From: Mobula hypostoma | Lineage: Eukaryota | Direction: 5' to 3' | Assembly (NCBI RefSeq): GCF_963921235.1 | Contig: NC_086097.1 | Coordinates: 221,900,001 to 221,964,000 of the forward strand | DNA length: 64,000 nt | Shown: one piece after another, positions 49,001-60,152 of the stretch | How the letters are laid out: each line of letters begins with the position of its first letter | How positions within the stretch are numbered: position 1 is the first letter of the stretch | Made by a program: the position numbers and the translations under genes | The notes under the pieces: generated by a model | The model's database searches: none | Told to the model about the DNA's origin: nothing | Seen by the model: the letters and a program-made list of their open reading frames with translations, nothing else

Positions 49001-49551
49001 TGGCATCCTGGAGACGCTATAAAATTCCCACAGAAAATCATCATTGTCTGTGCTGAACAAAATGTCATCTGGACCAGTAGGTATGGAAGAGCACAAGATC
49101 AGTTGAGTAGGGCTAAGCCAAAATAATTAAGTGTGCATTGCCAATAAATGCTGTTGACAACAGCTGTGTATAATATGCAAAATAAAATGCATCAAATACA
49201 AGTAAAAAGTAACTAATTTATAATCTGTTCTCTTAGTATATTTGCGGAGATTCTCACAGATCACAGGATCACACAGCAAGGAAAAGTCCATGTTGATCTT
49301 TAAGTACCACCCATACTAATCCCATTTTCTAGCACTTGCCCTATAGTCTGCTATGCCTTGACAATGCAAGTGCTCATCGAGACACTTGCTGAAGATTGTG
49401 AGAGCCTCTGCCTCCACTACCCCTTAGGCAGTACATTCCAGATGGGCAAACACCCTTTTAGATGAAAATTTTCTTCAGATCCATTCCCCCCCCCCCACAA
49501 AGCTCTCACCCCTTCATTCCTTCTACTTTTAGACACACCTTGTTATGGTTT

Positions 49552-50208
49552 AGAAACATAGAACACATAGAGGCAATACAGGACCTTCGGCCCACAAAGC
49601 TGTGCCGAACATGTCCCTACCTTAGAACTACCTAGGCTTTACCCATAGCCCTCTATTCTTCTAAGCTCCATGCAGCCATCCAGGAGTCTCTTAAAAGACC
49701 CTATCATTTCTACTTCCACCACTGCCACCTGCGGCCTATTCCACACACTCACCACTCTTTGAGTAAGAAAACTTACCCCTGACATCTCCTCTGTACCTGC
49801 TTCCAAGCACCTTAAAATTAGGCCCTCTCATGATAGCCATTTCAGCCCTGGGGAAAAGCCTCTGACTATCTACACGATCAATGCCTCTCATTATCTTGTA
49901 CACCTCTATCAGGTCACCTCTCATCCTCCGTCGCTCCAAGGAGAAAAGGCCAAGTTCACTCAACTTATTCTCATAAGGCACGCTCCCCAATCCAGGCAAC
50001 ATCCTTGTAAATCTCTTCTGCACCCTTTCTAAAGTTTCCACATCCTTCCTGTAGCGAGACGACCAGAATTGAGCACAGTACTCCAAGTGGGGTCTGACCA
50101 GGGTCCCATATAGCTGCAACATTTCCTTTCAGCTCTTAAACTCAATGTCCCACTGACAGCCCTCCACACTATCCACAACACCCCCAACCTTTGTGTCATC
50201 AGCAAATT
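49552..50208 (-). mobile_element. CR1 family B 3' fragment with internal deletion, inserted in an older CR1 end (about 49255-49550)
   Basis: ORF 49736-50122 LVRPHLEYCAQFWS…GDLIEVYKIM; tail tagaaacatagaa. Confidence 0.92.
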
Positions 50209-50209
50209 T

Positions 50210-50445
50210 TGTAACTTCAAAACATTAAACTAACTCAAAGGAAGACACGGGAGTCTGAAATGCGAGTCTGACTTTGTGATAACTTGAAGTGGGGCGTGTA
50301 CGTATCACGTGGTGACATGATGACATATGCAATTAACATATTTTTACATAATTAGTTGTTTAAACAAACAACTCTCTCTCCTCCCGCCGTAGACAATATA
50401 TATATACAAAAATACTGAAATATTATTGAAGTAGCAAATACACAT
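50210..50445. mobile_element. Possible solo LTR
   Basis: TGTAAC…ACACA termini, E-box/CRE-like words (tcacgtggtgacatgatgac), abrupt boundary with CR1. No TSD found. Confidence 0.3.
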
Positions 50446-50944
50446 CTGCTAGGAGGAAAATATTCATATCATCTATGCTGTCTATGCCCCTCTTAGTTTT
50501 GTGAACAAGTCCATCCTAGGCGATAGCTGGGATCCATTCTGGTAAAGTGTTTGTAAACCAAACAGTTCACAAGTCAGAAATATGCCTCTGAGCTGAGTTT
50601 CTGCTTGGCTGAGGCACCTACTGTCTCACAGCAGCTGACAAATCCATCCTGGTGGTACTCCAAATGGTCATTTATACTATGTACACAGGCTGTATGTAAG
50701 TCAGGTGTCAATAACCTGGGGAAAACTCATATCTCCATCAGCTTCCAACTTAGTTTTCCTCCAGTCCAAGGAAAACAAATCCATCCTATCCAATCTTATT
50801 ATTTGTTGATTTGTTTATGAAAATATTATTTTCTGTGCTGTGTGTGAGCGATATCTACTGTGTTGTGCACCTTGGTCCAGTGGAACAGTGTTTCGTTTGG
50901 TGGTATGCATGTTTACAGTTGAATGACAAGAACTTGAACTCTCT

Positions 50945-52320
50945 TCATAACTAAAGTGTTCCATCACAAGCAACATCATGGAGCATGCTCCTTCACTCTG
51001 TTCAGTGCATTCACATCCTTTCTGTTGTCTGGTCACCAGAACTGTAAATTGTTCTCCAGCTATAATCCAAACAAAGTTTTTTAAAGTTGCACTATAAAAT
51101 GGCGGAGCAGACTTGATGGGCCGAATGACCTACTTCTGCTTCTTTGTCTTATGGTCTTATTCTGGGTAGCCAGGGCATCAAAGGTTATGGTGAGAAGGCG
51201 GGGGAGTGCGACTAAACAGGAGAATGGATCAGCTCATGATAAAATGGCGTAGCAGACTTGATGGGCCGAATGGCCTACTTCTGCTCCTTTGTCTTATGGT
51301 CTTATGGTCTTATAACCTCCCTGCTCTTATGTTTACTGTATGTCCTTGCTAATGAATGCAAGTATCCTTAACTATGAAGACAAGTATTGTTATCTACCAA
51401 GGCAATTCTGTTCCATTATGGTCCGTGTTGTTCTACCAAGCATTGTGAACATGCAATGTTGGTGCCAGAATGTGTGGCAACACTTGTGGGCTGCCCCCAC
51501 ACACCCTGGAGATTGTTGCTTGTTGGCATAAACGATGCATTTCACTTTATGTTTCGATGTATACGTGATCTATAAATTTGAATCTTGAATCTTAAATCTT
51601 GAATGATTAACACGTCTACCATTTCCTCCTTTTTAATGGTAACTTGCTCTCACATTTAATTATCATCTCCAATAATACCATCTTTCCTGGTGAATCTAGA
51701 TGCGAAATTTTCATTTAAAACCTCTACTACATCTACTGACTCCAATGTAACGGACCATACACTTCCCCAGGTTACCCTCTTGTCTTTATATAATAATAAA
51801 ATGTTCTGAAATTTTAGAACCCTCTCTTCTCTCCTCATTGAATTTATTATTGTAATAGCTCCCTCCCCAGTTTATCTGTGGAACCCCCCATACTCAATAC
51901 CTGCCAATTGTTTACTTTTTTAAAAATCCAACCCTCAATGTCATTTGACTTCCAAGGTCTTTGGACTTATTACCCTTAATCTTCGCACTATTGGGTACAT
52001 GCTGGTCATGGAACATCCTGAACTCTCATTATATCAGTCTTGCATGGCCCTCTTTTCAAACACAGACTTCCCTGCAAGTAGCTGCTCCCAGTCTATTTTC
52101 TCCAGGTCCTACTTTATGACATTAAAATCTGCTTACTCCTAATTTAGGATCTTAATTTTCTGTCTACTCTTAGCTATTTCCATCATTACCTTGAAGCTTA
52201 CAGAGTTACTTTCACAATATCCAAAATGTGTTCCCACTGATATTCTACCCATTTTCCCTGCGGCATTTCCTAAAGTTACATCCAGTACCATTCCTTCTCT
52301 ATTAGGATAATCAATGTACT
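50945..52320 (-). mobile_element. Old CR1 fragments with nested younger CR1 3' ends and a Rex1-type tail
   Basis: VVEVLNENFASRFT; antisense CR1 wording around 51000-51090 and 51316-51370. Confidence 0.6.
51094..51313 (+). mobile_element. Two tandem CR1 3' ends ((TCTTATGG)n tail)
   Basis: aaaatggcggagcagacttgatgggccgaat…tcttatggtcttat occurs twice; flanked by TATAA at 51093-51097 and 51311-51315. Confidence 0.85.
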
Positions 52321-52427
52321 ATGTACTGACTCAGTTATGATGAAAGGTCTTCAGCCTTAAGTGGTAACTCTGTTCCTCCTCGCACAGATGTGGCCTTATC
52401 TGCTGAGTATTTTCTGCTCGAGCTCCA

Positions 52428-52612
52428 GCCTTGCGGCACATCGGGCGGCAACATTGCCATTTCTTAGCATTTATCTGTTTTTTATGAGGCTGAGTTGCTA
52501 GCTCGATGCTCAACCCAGCACAGATGGAAAGTGTGCAAAGAGCCGGCCGGATTTGAACCTGGAATCACTTGCTCTGAAGTCCAGTATGGATGCCACTATA
52601 CCTCCAGCTGGA
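52428..52612 (-). mobile_element. tRNA-derived SINE (second family)
   Basis: Minus strand A-box-like GGTATAGTGG and B box GGTTCAAATCC, then an unrelated body ending gccgcccgatgtgccgcaaggc. Confidence 0.65.
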
Positions 52613-53245
52613 CATTGCAATGAATAGTACTCTTTAAATTCATGGATTATATCTTGCATTCCATCTGTGATGTGAACTGACTCTGCTCACCATACTACAG
52701 TCAAAGGTCAATGCAGAACTAAATAGAAGGCAATAAGCTCATTTAAAATTTTACATAATTTTTCAAGACCAAGCAGAACAAAGCAGCTAGCACCTTCCTG
52801 CCACACTAAGATCACTATGCGTTTTATAGGATTGCATCTATATTTAGATTTATTCTGGGGTTTTTACGCGAAGTAAACTATGAGTAACAATCATTCTGTT
52901 CTCTTTTACACTCATGTACTGAAGGATAACAATAAAAAATCTTGAATCTTAAATTTTGAATTGACAACTTGCCTCTCCCACAAACCAAAACTGGCCTTGG
53001 ACATAATCAACCTGAAGTGTCTTTTACCTTTATTCAGTTTGTCCAACATGAAAGTATAATGTTAGGCTAAGGTAGTTCATGTATGATGAATATTTAAAGT
53101 GTTGCCTTGCAGACAACACTGCAAAAATAAATCTATCCTTTTTTATTAAATTTTTTTGTGTTTTCCTTTGGAGCCGATCACAAAGGCACTAGAGTAATCA
53201 ACAATTCATTATGCCTTGCCACAGATTTCAAGTAACATCATAGTT

Positions 53246-53600
53246 TCACACACAAAAATTGCTGGTGAACGCAGCAGGCCAGGCAGCATCTATAGGAAGA
53301 GGTACAGCCGACATTTCGGGCCGAGACCCTTCGTCAGGACTAACAGGACTAACGGTGGGAAGTGATGGGGTGGATGAATGGACAAAGGAGTCATGTAGGG
53401 AGCGATCCCTGCGGAAAGCAGAAAGTGGGGGGAGGGGAAGATGTGCTTGGTGGTGGGATCCCATTGGAGGTGGCGGCAGTTTCGAAGAATTATATGTTGG
53501 ACCTGGAGGCTGGTGGAGTGGAGGTGAGGACAAGGGGAACCCTATTCCTAGTGGGATGGCGGGAGGATGGGGTGAGAGCAGATGTACGTGAATCATAGCG
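53246..53600 (-). mobile_element. Penelope-like element fragment (RT-to-GIY-YIG linker joined to 3' pLTR)
   Basis: Frameshifted RNRVPLVLT…HIFPSP and PLSAFRRDRSLHDSFVHSS; hammerhead core at 53306-53341 on the same strand. Confidence 0.85.
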
Positions 53601-54525
53601 TTATCTGTTTTGGAAGGACTCCCACTGGGATGGAGCACAGATGATGAAGGGGGGTATGGTGTGCTTGACAGCCCAAATGCAATATTAGCATCTCTGCATG
53701 TATCCTGTAGCTGACCTGAATGAGTAGGAACCTATGGTGATAGCACTACACATTTTGCTGAAATTGTTGTCGGTTCCCGGGGTCATCTAATCCTGGGTGG
53801 AATAAAATACAAGGTCTGCCTCAGAGAGCTTCTCCAATATACAATATATAATATGCTTTTGAATGTCAAGTTTAATATATCTATTCTCTACAAATAATTT
53901 AGGATTTAGTTCCCAGTATAAGTAAAACTAAGCAGATTTAGCATATTACTTGTGAATAGATTCAATAAAAGCTCATTCAAAAACAATGTAATTTACTGTG
54001 TTAAATCTGGCTTAACTTTCCAAAACGTTATCATTTTGCACTTGTCTGAGTTAAATTCCATTACCCATTCCCTTGACCATTTCCCCAGCTGATCAATATT
54101 CTGTTGTAATCTTAGACAATCTGTCTCACTGTTCCCTATACCATGAACTTGGTGTCATCTGCAAACTTACATTACGCCTATATTCTCCTCTAAATTATCT
54201 ATATATGGTCTATGATGAGCAATATCACTGGTTACAAATCTCCAATCTGAAAAACAACTTTTCACTACCACACTCTGCTTCCTACCACCACCAAGCCAAT
54301 TTTGTATCCAATTTGCTGTCCTTGTGGATGAGTATACCATGCAGGGCAAAAGCTAAATTGCATACGGACTGTAATGTATGGATCTATTTCCATTAGAGCA
54401 ATGATTCCTTTCAGCACCACACATTGACTAGTTGTCTATGCATGGGCATTGTTCTCTCTTTCTTGCTGCAATGTGAGTACACCAGCTGAAGCCATCTCCC
54501 AAGTGCATGCTTTTATTTCATTGAT

Positions 54526-54770
54526 GGTGGTGGCATCCGTTAGTCTCCTGAGACCATGGATCTGTGCCTGGAAGGTCTCCAGGGCGCAGGCCTGGGCAAG
54601 GTTGTATGGAAGACCGTCAGTTGCCCATGCAGCAAGTCTCCCCTCTCCACAACACCTATATTGTCCAAGGGAAGGGCAAGGGCCGATACAGCTTGGCACT
54701 AGCGTCGTTTCAGGAGTTGCCAGAATGAGGTTGAAGGCAACATTGGACTGCCTTAGGGGCTCCAGCTCTG
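54526..54770 (-). mobile_element. 5'-truncated RTE-type non-autonomous element sharing its 3' part with the tRNA SINE at 45778-46096
   Basis: Direct homology to 45795-45981, then a different upstream sequence without Pol III boxes. Confidence 0.75.
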
Positions 54771-55526
54771 AAGTGGCCAGAGGTTATGCTAATGAAGTCA
54801 ACCACCTCAGTGAAAACTGTCTCTGCTCTGAGGACTATCTTCGCTAGAAATGGCTTACCATATCAAATTGTGAGTGACAACAGACCACAGTAAACATCAG
54901 AAGAATTCTGACCGTTCTTGAAGAAAAATGGCACCAGACATTTCAAGTCAGCTTCTCACCACCAAGCAGTGAATGGGTTTGCTGAAAGGTTTATCCAAAC
55001 CTTCATGAAGTCCATTAAAGCAATGGACAAGAAGGACATTTCTCTACAGCGCAGGGTAGATAACTTCCTTTCTGTGTATTGGAACTCTGTCCATGCGATG
55101 ACAAACCAAACACCTGCAACACTGTTCATGAGCAGATCTCGCATAGACCTACTGAAACCAGATCTATGGGGGGAAATGCAGAATACACAGTTCAGCCAGT
55201 TGCCAGGTGAATCAGCAAGGAGCGTCGAGAGTGGGCAAGAAGTCCTAGCACATTATTACGAAGAGAACAAGTGGACAACCGGTAGGATAGCTACAAGAAC
55301 TGGACCACTGATGTACACAGTGAATGTTGGAGATCAGACGTGGAGATGTCATGTGGACCAGATACTGGATGCTCAACCGAAGAGCACACTTGAGTCGACT
55401 GCATTCGACAAGGCGGACACTATACAGTCACTGGACTTACCTCTCTGCAATGATCATGTCACTGACAGCAACGTGACACCGGTAACCGAGAACATTGTTT
55501 TAGACAAGTCACCTCACACCACCTGA
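54771..55526 (+). pseudogene. Gypsy integrase core remnant (K02A2.6-like)
   Basis: KWPEV…IFARNGLPYQIVSDNRPQ*…NGFAERFIQTF…TNQTPATLF…RTGPLMYTV…HVDQI, with in-frame stops. Confidence 0.88.
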
Positions 55527-57352
55527 TTCCACTTCACAGGTCCACAGGGGCTACAAGAGCATTATCATTAACAAGACACCTGCCAAACCTAATTTCACTT
55601 CACAGGTCCAGAGGCGCTACCCTGAGAGAAACAGAGCACCGCCCAAAAGAATGAATCTACAGTATAGTGAATTAGCTATGGACCATTATTGTGAAAGCAT
55701 GTTTATTTGGAATATGGTTTATGAATGCAAAATTGAATGTTTTGTACATATACAGTTTTATGTTGCATTAATCTAAAGGCGGAGGAAGTGTAATGCACTG
55801 ATCTATTTCTTTTAGTGTTATAACTCCTTTCAGCACTACGTATTGATCTGTTGTCTATTCGTGCATATTGTTCTCTCTCTCTCACTGCAATGTGATTCAC
55901 CAATTAAAGCCACCTTCCGCGTGCATGCTTTTATTTAATTGATCTGTAGTTGCAAACATGGACATTATTCACTGTTCTGCCCTTTCAATCCTCCTGATCA
56001 CCCCCTCAGAAAACTCAGTCAAAACAAGGCTGACTCTCGTGAATCAGTTGTTGTGAATAGATCCAATAACACCAATGCCCTCCCCTTCTCTTTCCTGAAC
56101 TCATTATCTTCTATATCTTTCTCCATGGAACATACAAGATTCAAAGATTCAAAGTATATTTATTATTAAAGTATGAATACAGTAGACAACCCTGAAATTC
56201 GTCTTTCTCACAGACAGTCATAAAATGAAGAATAACCGTGGAACCAACCCATTCAAAGAAAAACAATAAACATCAAACATCCTGTTCCCCGAGGCGCAAA
56301 AAATGAATCACACAAACAGCAACAAAAAAAGCGCCAAAGCACAGAACATAGAAACACAAAATCAAAAAGCATATTTCAGTACAGATGAGGAGTACTCAAG
56401 TAAGACCTCATTCATTTCCCATGGTCCCACACATAGATTACCAAAATCTTGCAGTCTAAATCTTGAATTGCAATGTTTAGTAGACTCTTGTATAGTCTTA
56501 ACTTGCTCAGGGACAAATCTGTGGGGATCTTCCGTGGTCAGTTAGATGTTGATAGCAGGAGATTGCTTGCAATACAAAATAACAAGGAATGGCTTACTTG
56601 ATGTATGTTGTTGTGAATAATGTGTTGGAACTTGTGACACCTCATTTTATAGGAAACTTCAGTGACTTCTATTGCCATGGCAGTATTCTAGGAAAGATGA
56701 TGATCTGTTCCCTGGCATTAGTACACTTTGGATTAACCCATGTTTCTGACATTCCGTTTTGTTTCTGAATAAGTCTGAAGCCTGAAAAATCAGAGCTGTA
56801 GCAGGCTTATTCACTACTAATTGATCAACAGCACCAGTTCTTCTGGATTCAAGCAAATGTCATCATTTGGGTTATTGACGCCCTGCAGAAACTAAGTCTG
56901 CAATGTCCAGAGCTTTCAGTTTTGATTTGTCTCATAGTTAGGCCTGGAAAAGCCAACAAAAGTACCTTCTCACTGTGAGGCTCCCTAATGAATTAACGTA
57001 ATCATAATAAGGGTCTTGTTTTGTCTATTTCAGTAAAAGCAAAAAGTGAACCACTCACAGGAAGTTTCTCTATTGATCATGGCTACTACCTCCTTGAGTC
57101 AAGAATGTTTGTATGTTTAAATTTAATTTCTCAAGAGTGTTTAAAACAATCTTCCAATTCAATAGAGTTACAACATTCCCTCCTTCTGCTAGTTCTTTGG
57201 AATATTTTCTCCTTTAGTTCACTACAACTCTTCAATTGTCTCTAGTTCTTTTGATTAATTCATCCCATCTTTGCTTGTTCTTTCTCTATCTTTTACTTTT
57301 ATTTATTGAGGAAGTAAAACAATAGTTGCGACATTCCTTAGGTCTGAGGTGC

Positions 57353-57725
57353 AATAAGACCATAAGACACAGGAGCAGAATTAGGCCATTCAGCCAATCA
57401 GTCTGTTCCGCCATTCCATCATGGCTTATTTATTATCCCTCTCAAACTCATTCTCCTGCCTTTTCCCATAACGGTTGATGCCATGACTAATCAGGAATCC
57501 GTCAACCTCTGCTTTAAATATGCCCAATGACTTGACCTTCACAGCTACATGAGACAATACATCCCACAGATTCACCACCGTCTGGCTAAAGAAGTTCTTC
57601 TTCAGTAATACACACAAAATGCTGAACTTGCTCAGCAGGCCAGGCAGCAGCTATGGAAAAGAGTAAATAGTTGACGTTTTGGGCCAAGATCTTTCCTCAT
57701 CTCTATTTTAAATGGATGTCCTTTA
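57353..57725 (-). mobile_element. CR1 3' end with a Penelope-like piece (about 57608-57692) inserted
   Basis: ataagaccataagac tail; KKNFFSQTVVNLWDVL. Confidence 0.8.
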
Positions 57726-58145
57726 GAACAGAGATGATGAGGAACTTGCAAACATTGGCAACTCCGCATGGAGAGGTTTGGGATATAGATACTGTGCAAT
57801 GACACGTCAACGATCAGTGTTACAATCCAGTGATAATCATTTATTGCTGAGGTCAGCCCTGCAGTCTTTTCTATGTGTCCTAGAAATCTGAAAACACCAA
57901 AAATAAGCAAATTACTTTGATGGAACAAATATTATAGAGGATGATTTTCCTGTTTCAGTGTCAATGATACCCTAAATAATAAGAAATTGGATGGCAAAAA
58001 TCACCAAATGGCCTGACACCTACAATTTCTTAATAACAAGATGCACTTTACAAGATAGTCACTGTCAGCCACAAGTTTAACCATTACAGAAATGTGAAAT
58101 GTAATACCTGTTACAGAAAATGGAAGGGTATATATCATCTGTCCA

Positions 58146-60125
58146 AGAAGACCATAAGACCATAAGTTATTGGAGCAGAATTAGGCCATTTGGCCCATTG
58201 AGTTTACTCTGCCATTTCATCATGGCTGATCCAATTTTCCTCACAGCCCCAGTCTCCTGCCTTCTCCCACTATCCCTTCATGTCCTAACCAATCCAGAGT
58301 TTCCTCCTCATCTCCATTCTAAAAGGATGCCTCTCTATTCTGAGGCTATTCTCCAGTCTTAGACTCTCCCACCATAAGAAACACCCTCTCCACATCCACT
58401 CTTTCAAGGCCTTTCACAATTTGATAGGCTTCAAAGAGGTTACCCCTCATTCTTCTGAATTCTAATGAATACAGTCCCAGAGCCATCGGACACTCTTCAT
58501 ATGACAAGCCATTCAATCTTGGAATAATTTTCTGAACCTCCTTTCAACCCTCTACAGTTTCAGCACATCCTTTCTAAGATAAAGGTCCCAAAACTACTCA
58601 CAATACTCCAAATGATGCTGTATTCCATCTTCCACATTTTTGCCCATTCTCCTAATCTGTGTAAGTCCTTCTGTAGCCTCTCTACTTCCTCAAAACTACC
58701 TGTCCCTCCACCAATATTTATATCATCTGCAAACTTAGCCACAAAGCCATCAATTCCATCATCCACATCATTGACATATAACGTAAAAAGTATTGGTCCC
58801 AACATAGACCGCTGTGGCACCCCACTAGTCACTGGCAGCCAGTCAGAAAAGGCTCCCTTTACCTCTTACTTGCATCCTGCCTATCAGCCACTGCTTTAAC
58901 CACACAAGAATCTTTCCTGTAATAGCATAGGCTCATAGCTTGTTAAGCAGCCTCATGTATGGCACCTTATCAAAGACCTTTTGAAAATCCAAGTATGCAA
59001 CATCCACCAATTCTTCTTTGTCTATCCTGCTTGTAATTTCTTCAAAGAATTCCATCAGATTTGTCAAGCAAGATTTCCTTTCAGGAAATCATGCTGACTA
59101 CAGCCTATTTTGTCAGGTGCCTCCAAGTACCCTGAGACCTCATCCTTAATAATCGATTCCAATGTCTTCCTAACCACTGAGGCCTTACTAATTGGCTTAT
59201 AGTTTGCTTTCTTCTGCCTCTCTCCCTTCTTGAAGAGTGGAGTGACATTTGCAATATTCCAGACCTCTGGATCATTCCCAAATCTAGTGATTCTTGAAAA
59301 ATCAGTACTAATGCCTTCATGCAACACACATCAAAGTTGCTGGTGAACGCAGCAGGCCAGGCAGCATCTCTAGGAAGAGGTGCCTTCATGATCTTTTCAG
59401 CCACCTTTTTCGAAACTCTGGGGTGTGCACCATCTGGTCCAGGTGATTTATCTACCTTCAGGCCTTTCAGTGGCCTAAGAACCTTCTCTCTTTGCACACT
59501 TCATGCCTCCTGACACCTGGAACGTCCACCATACTGCTAGTGTCTTCCACAGTGAGGACTGATGCAAAATACTTATTCAGTTCATCCACTATCCTGTTGC
59601 CCCTACTCCATCACTACCTCTCCAGCATCGTTTTCCAGCTGTCTGATATCCACTCGCCCTTGCCCTTTATGTATCTGAAGAAACTTTTGGCATCCTCTTT
59701 AATATTATTAGCTATCTTATTTTCATATTCCATCTTTACCATCTTATTGACTTTTTATTGTTGCCTTCTGTTAGTTTTCAGAAGCATCCTAATCCTCCAA
59801 CTTCCCACTAATCTTTGCTCTATTATATGCCCTCTCTTTGGCTCTAATGTTGGCTTTGACTTGTTAGTCATGGTTGTGTCATCTTTCTTTTAGAATACTT
59901 CTTCCTGTTTGGGATGTATTTATCCTATACCTTCCGAATGGCTTCCAGAAATTCCAGCCTTTGCTGTTCTACCACCATCCCTGCCAGTGTTCTTTTGCAA
60001 TCATTTCTGGCCAACTCCTCTCTGATGCCTCTGTAATTCCCTTCACTCCACTGTAATACTGATGCATCTGACTATAGTTTCTCCTTCTCAAATTTCAGAG
60101 TGAATTTGATCATATAATATGACTT
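58146..60125 (-). mobile_element. CR1 LINE ((TCTTATGG)-tail type), decayed
   Basis: TSGVPQRSMLGP…FADDIN; DKSPGPDGAHPRV; NVTPLFKKG…NYKPIS. Confidence 0.9.
59322..59380 (-). mobile_element. 59-bp Penelope-like pLTR insertion
   Basis: Matches 43594-43652; flanked by the perfect 10-bp direct repeat TGCCTTCATG (59312-59321 / 59381-59390). Confidence 0.85.
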
Positions 60126-60152
60126 ATCCCTCATATAACTTATCCCTCAGGG

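Larger units (their letters stand above)
54370..55958 (+). mobile_element. Ty3/Gypsy LTR retrotransposon, internally deleted, inside an old CR1
   Basis: 5' LTR 54370-about 54525 homologous to 3' LTR 55789-55958 (TG…CA); PPT AAAGGCGGAGGAAG before the 3' LTR; TSD CGGAC (54365-54369) / TGGAC (55959-55963). Confidence 0.85.
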
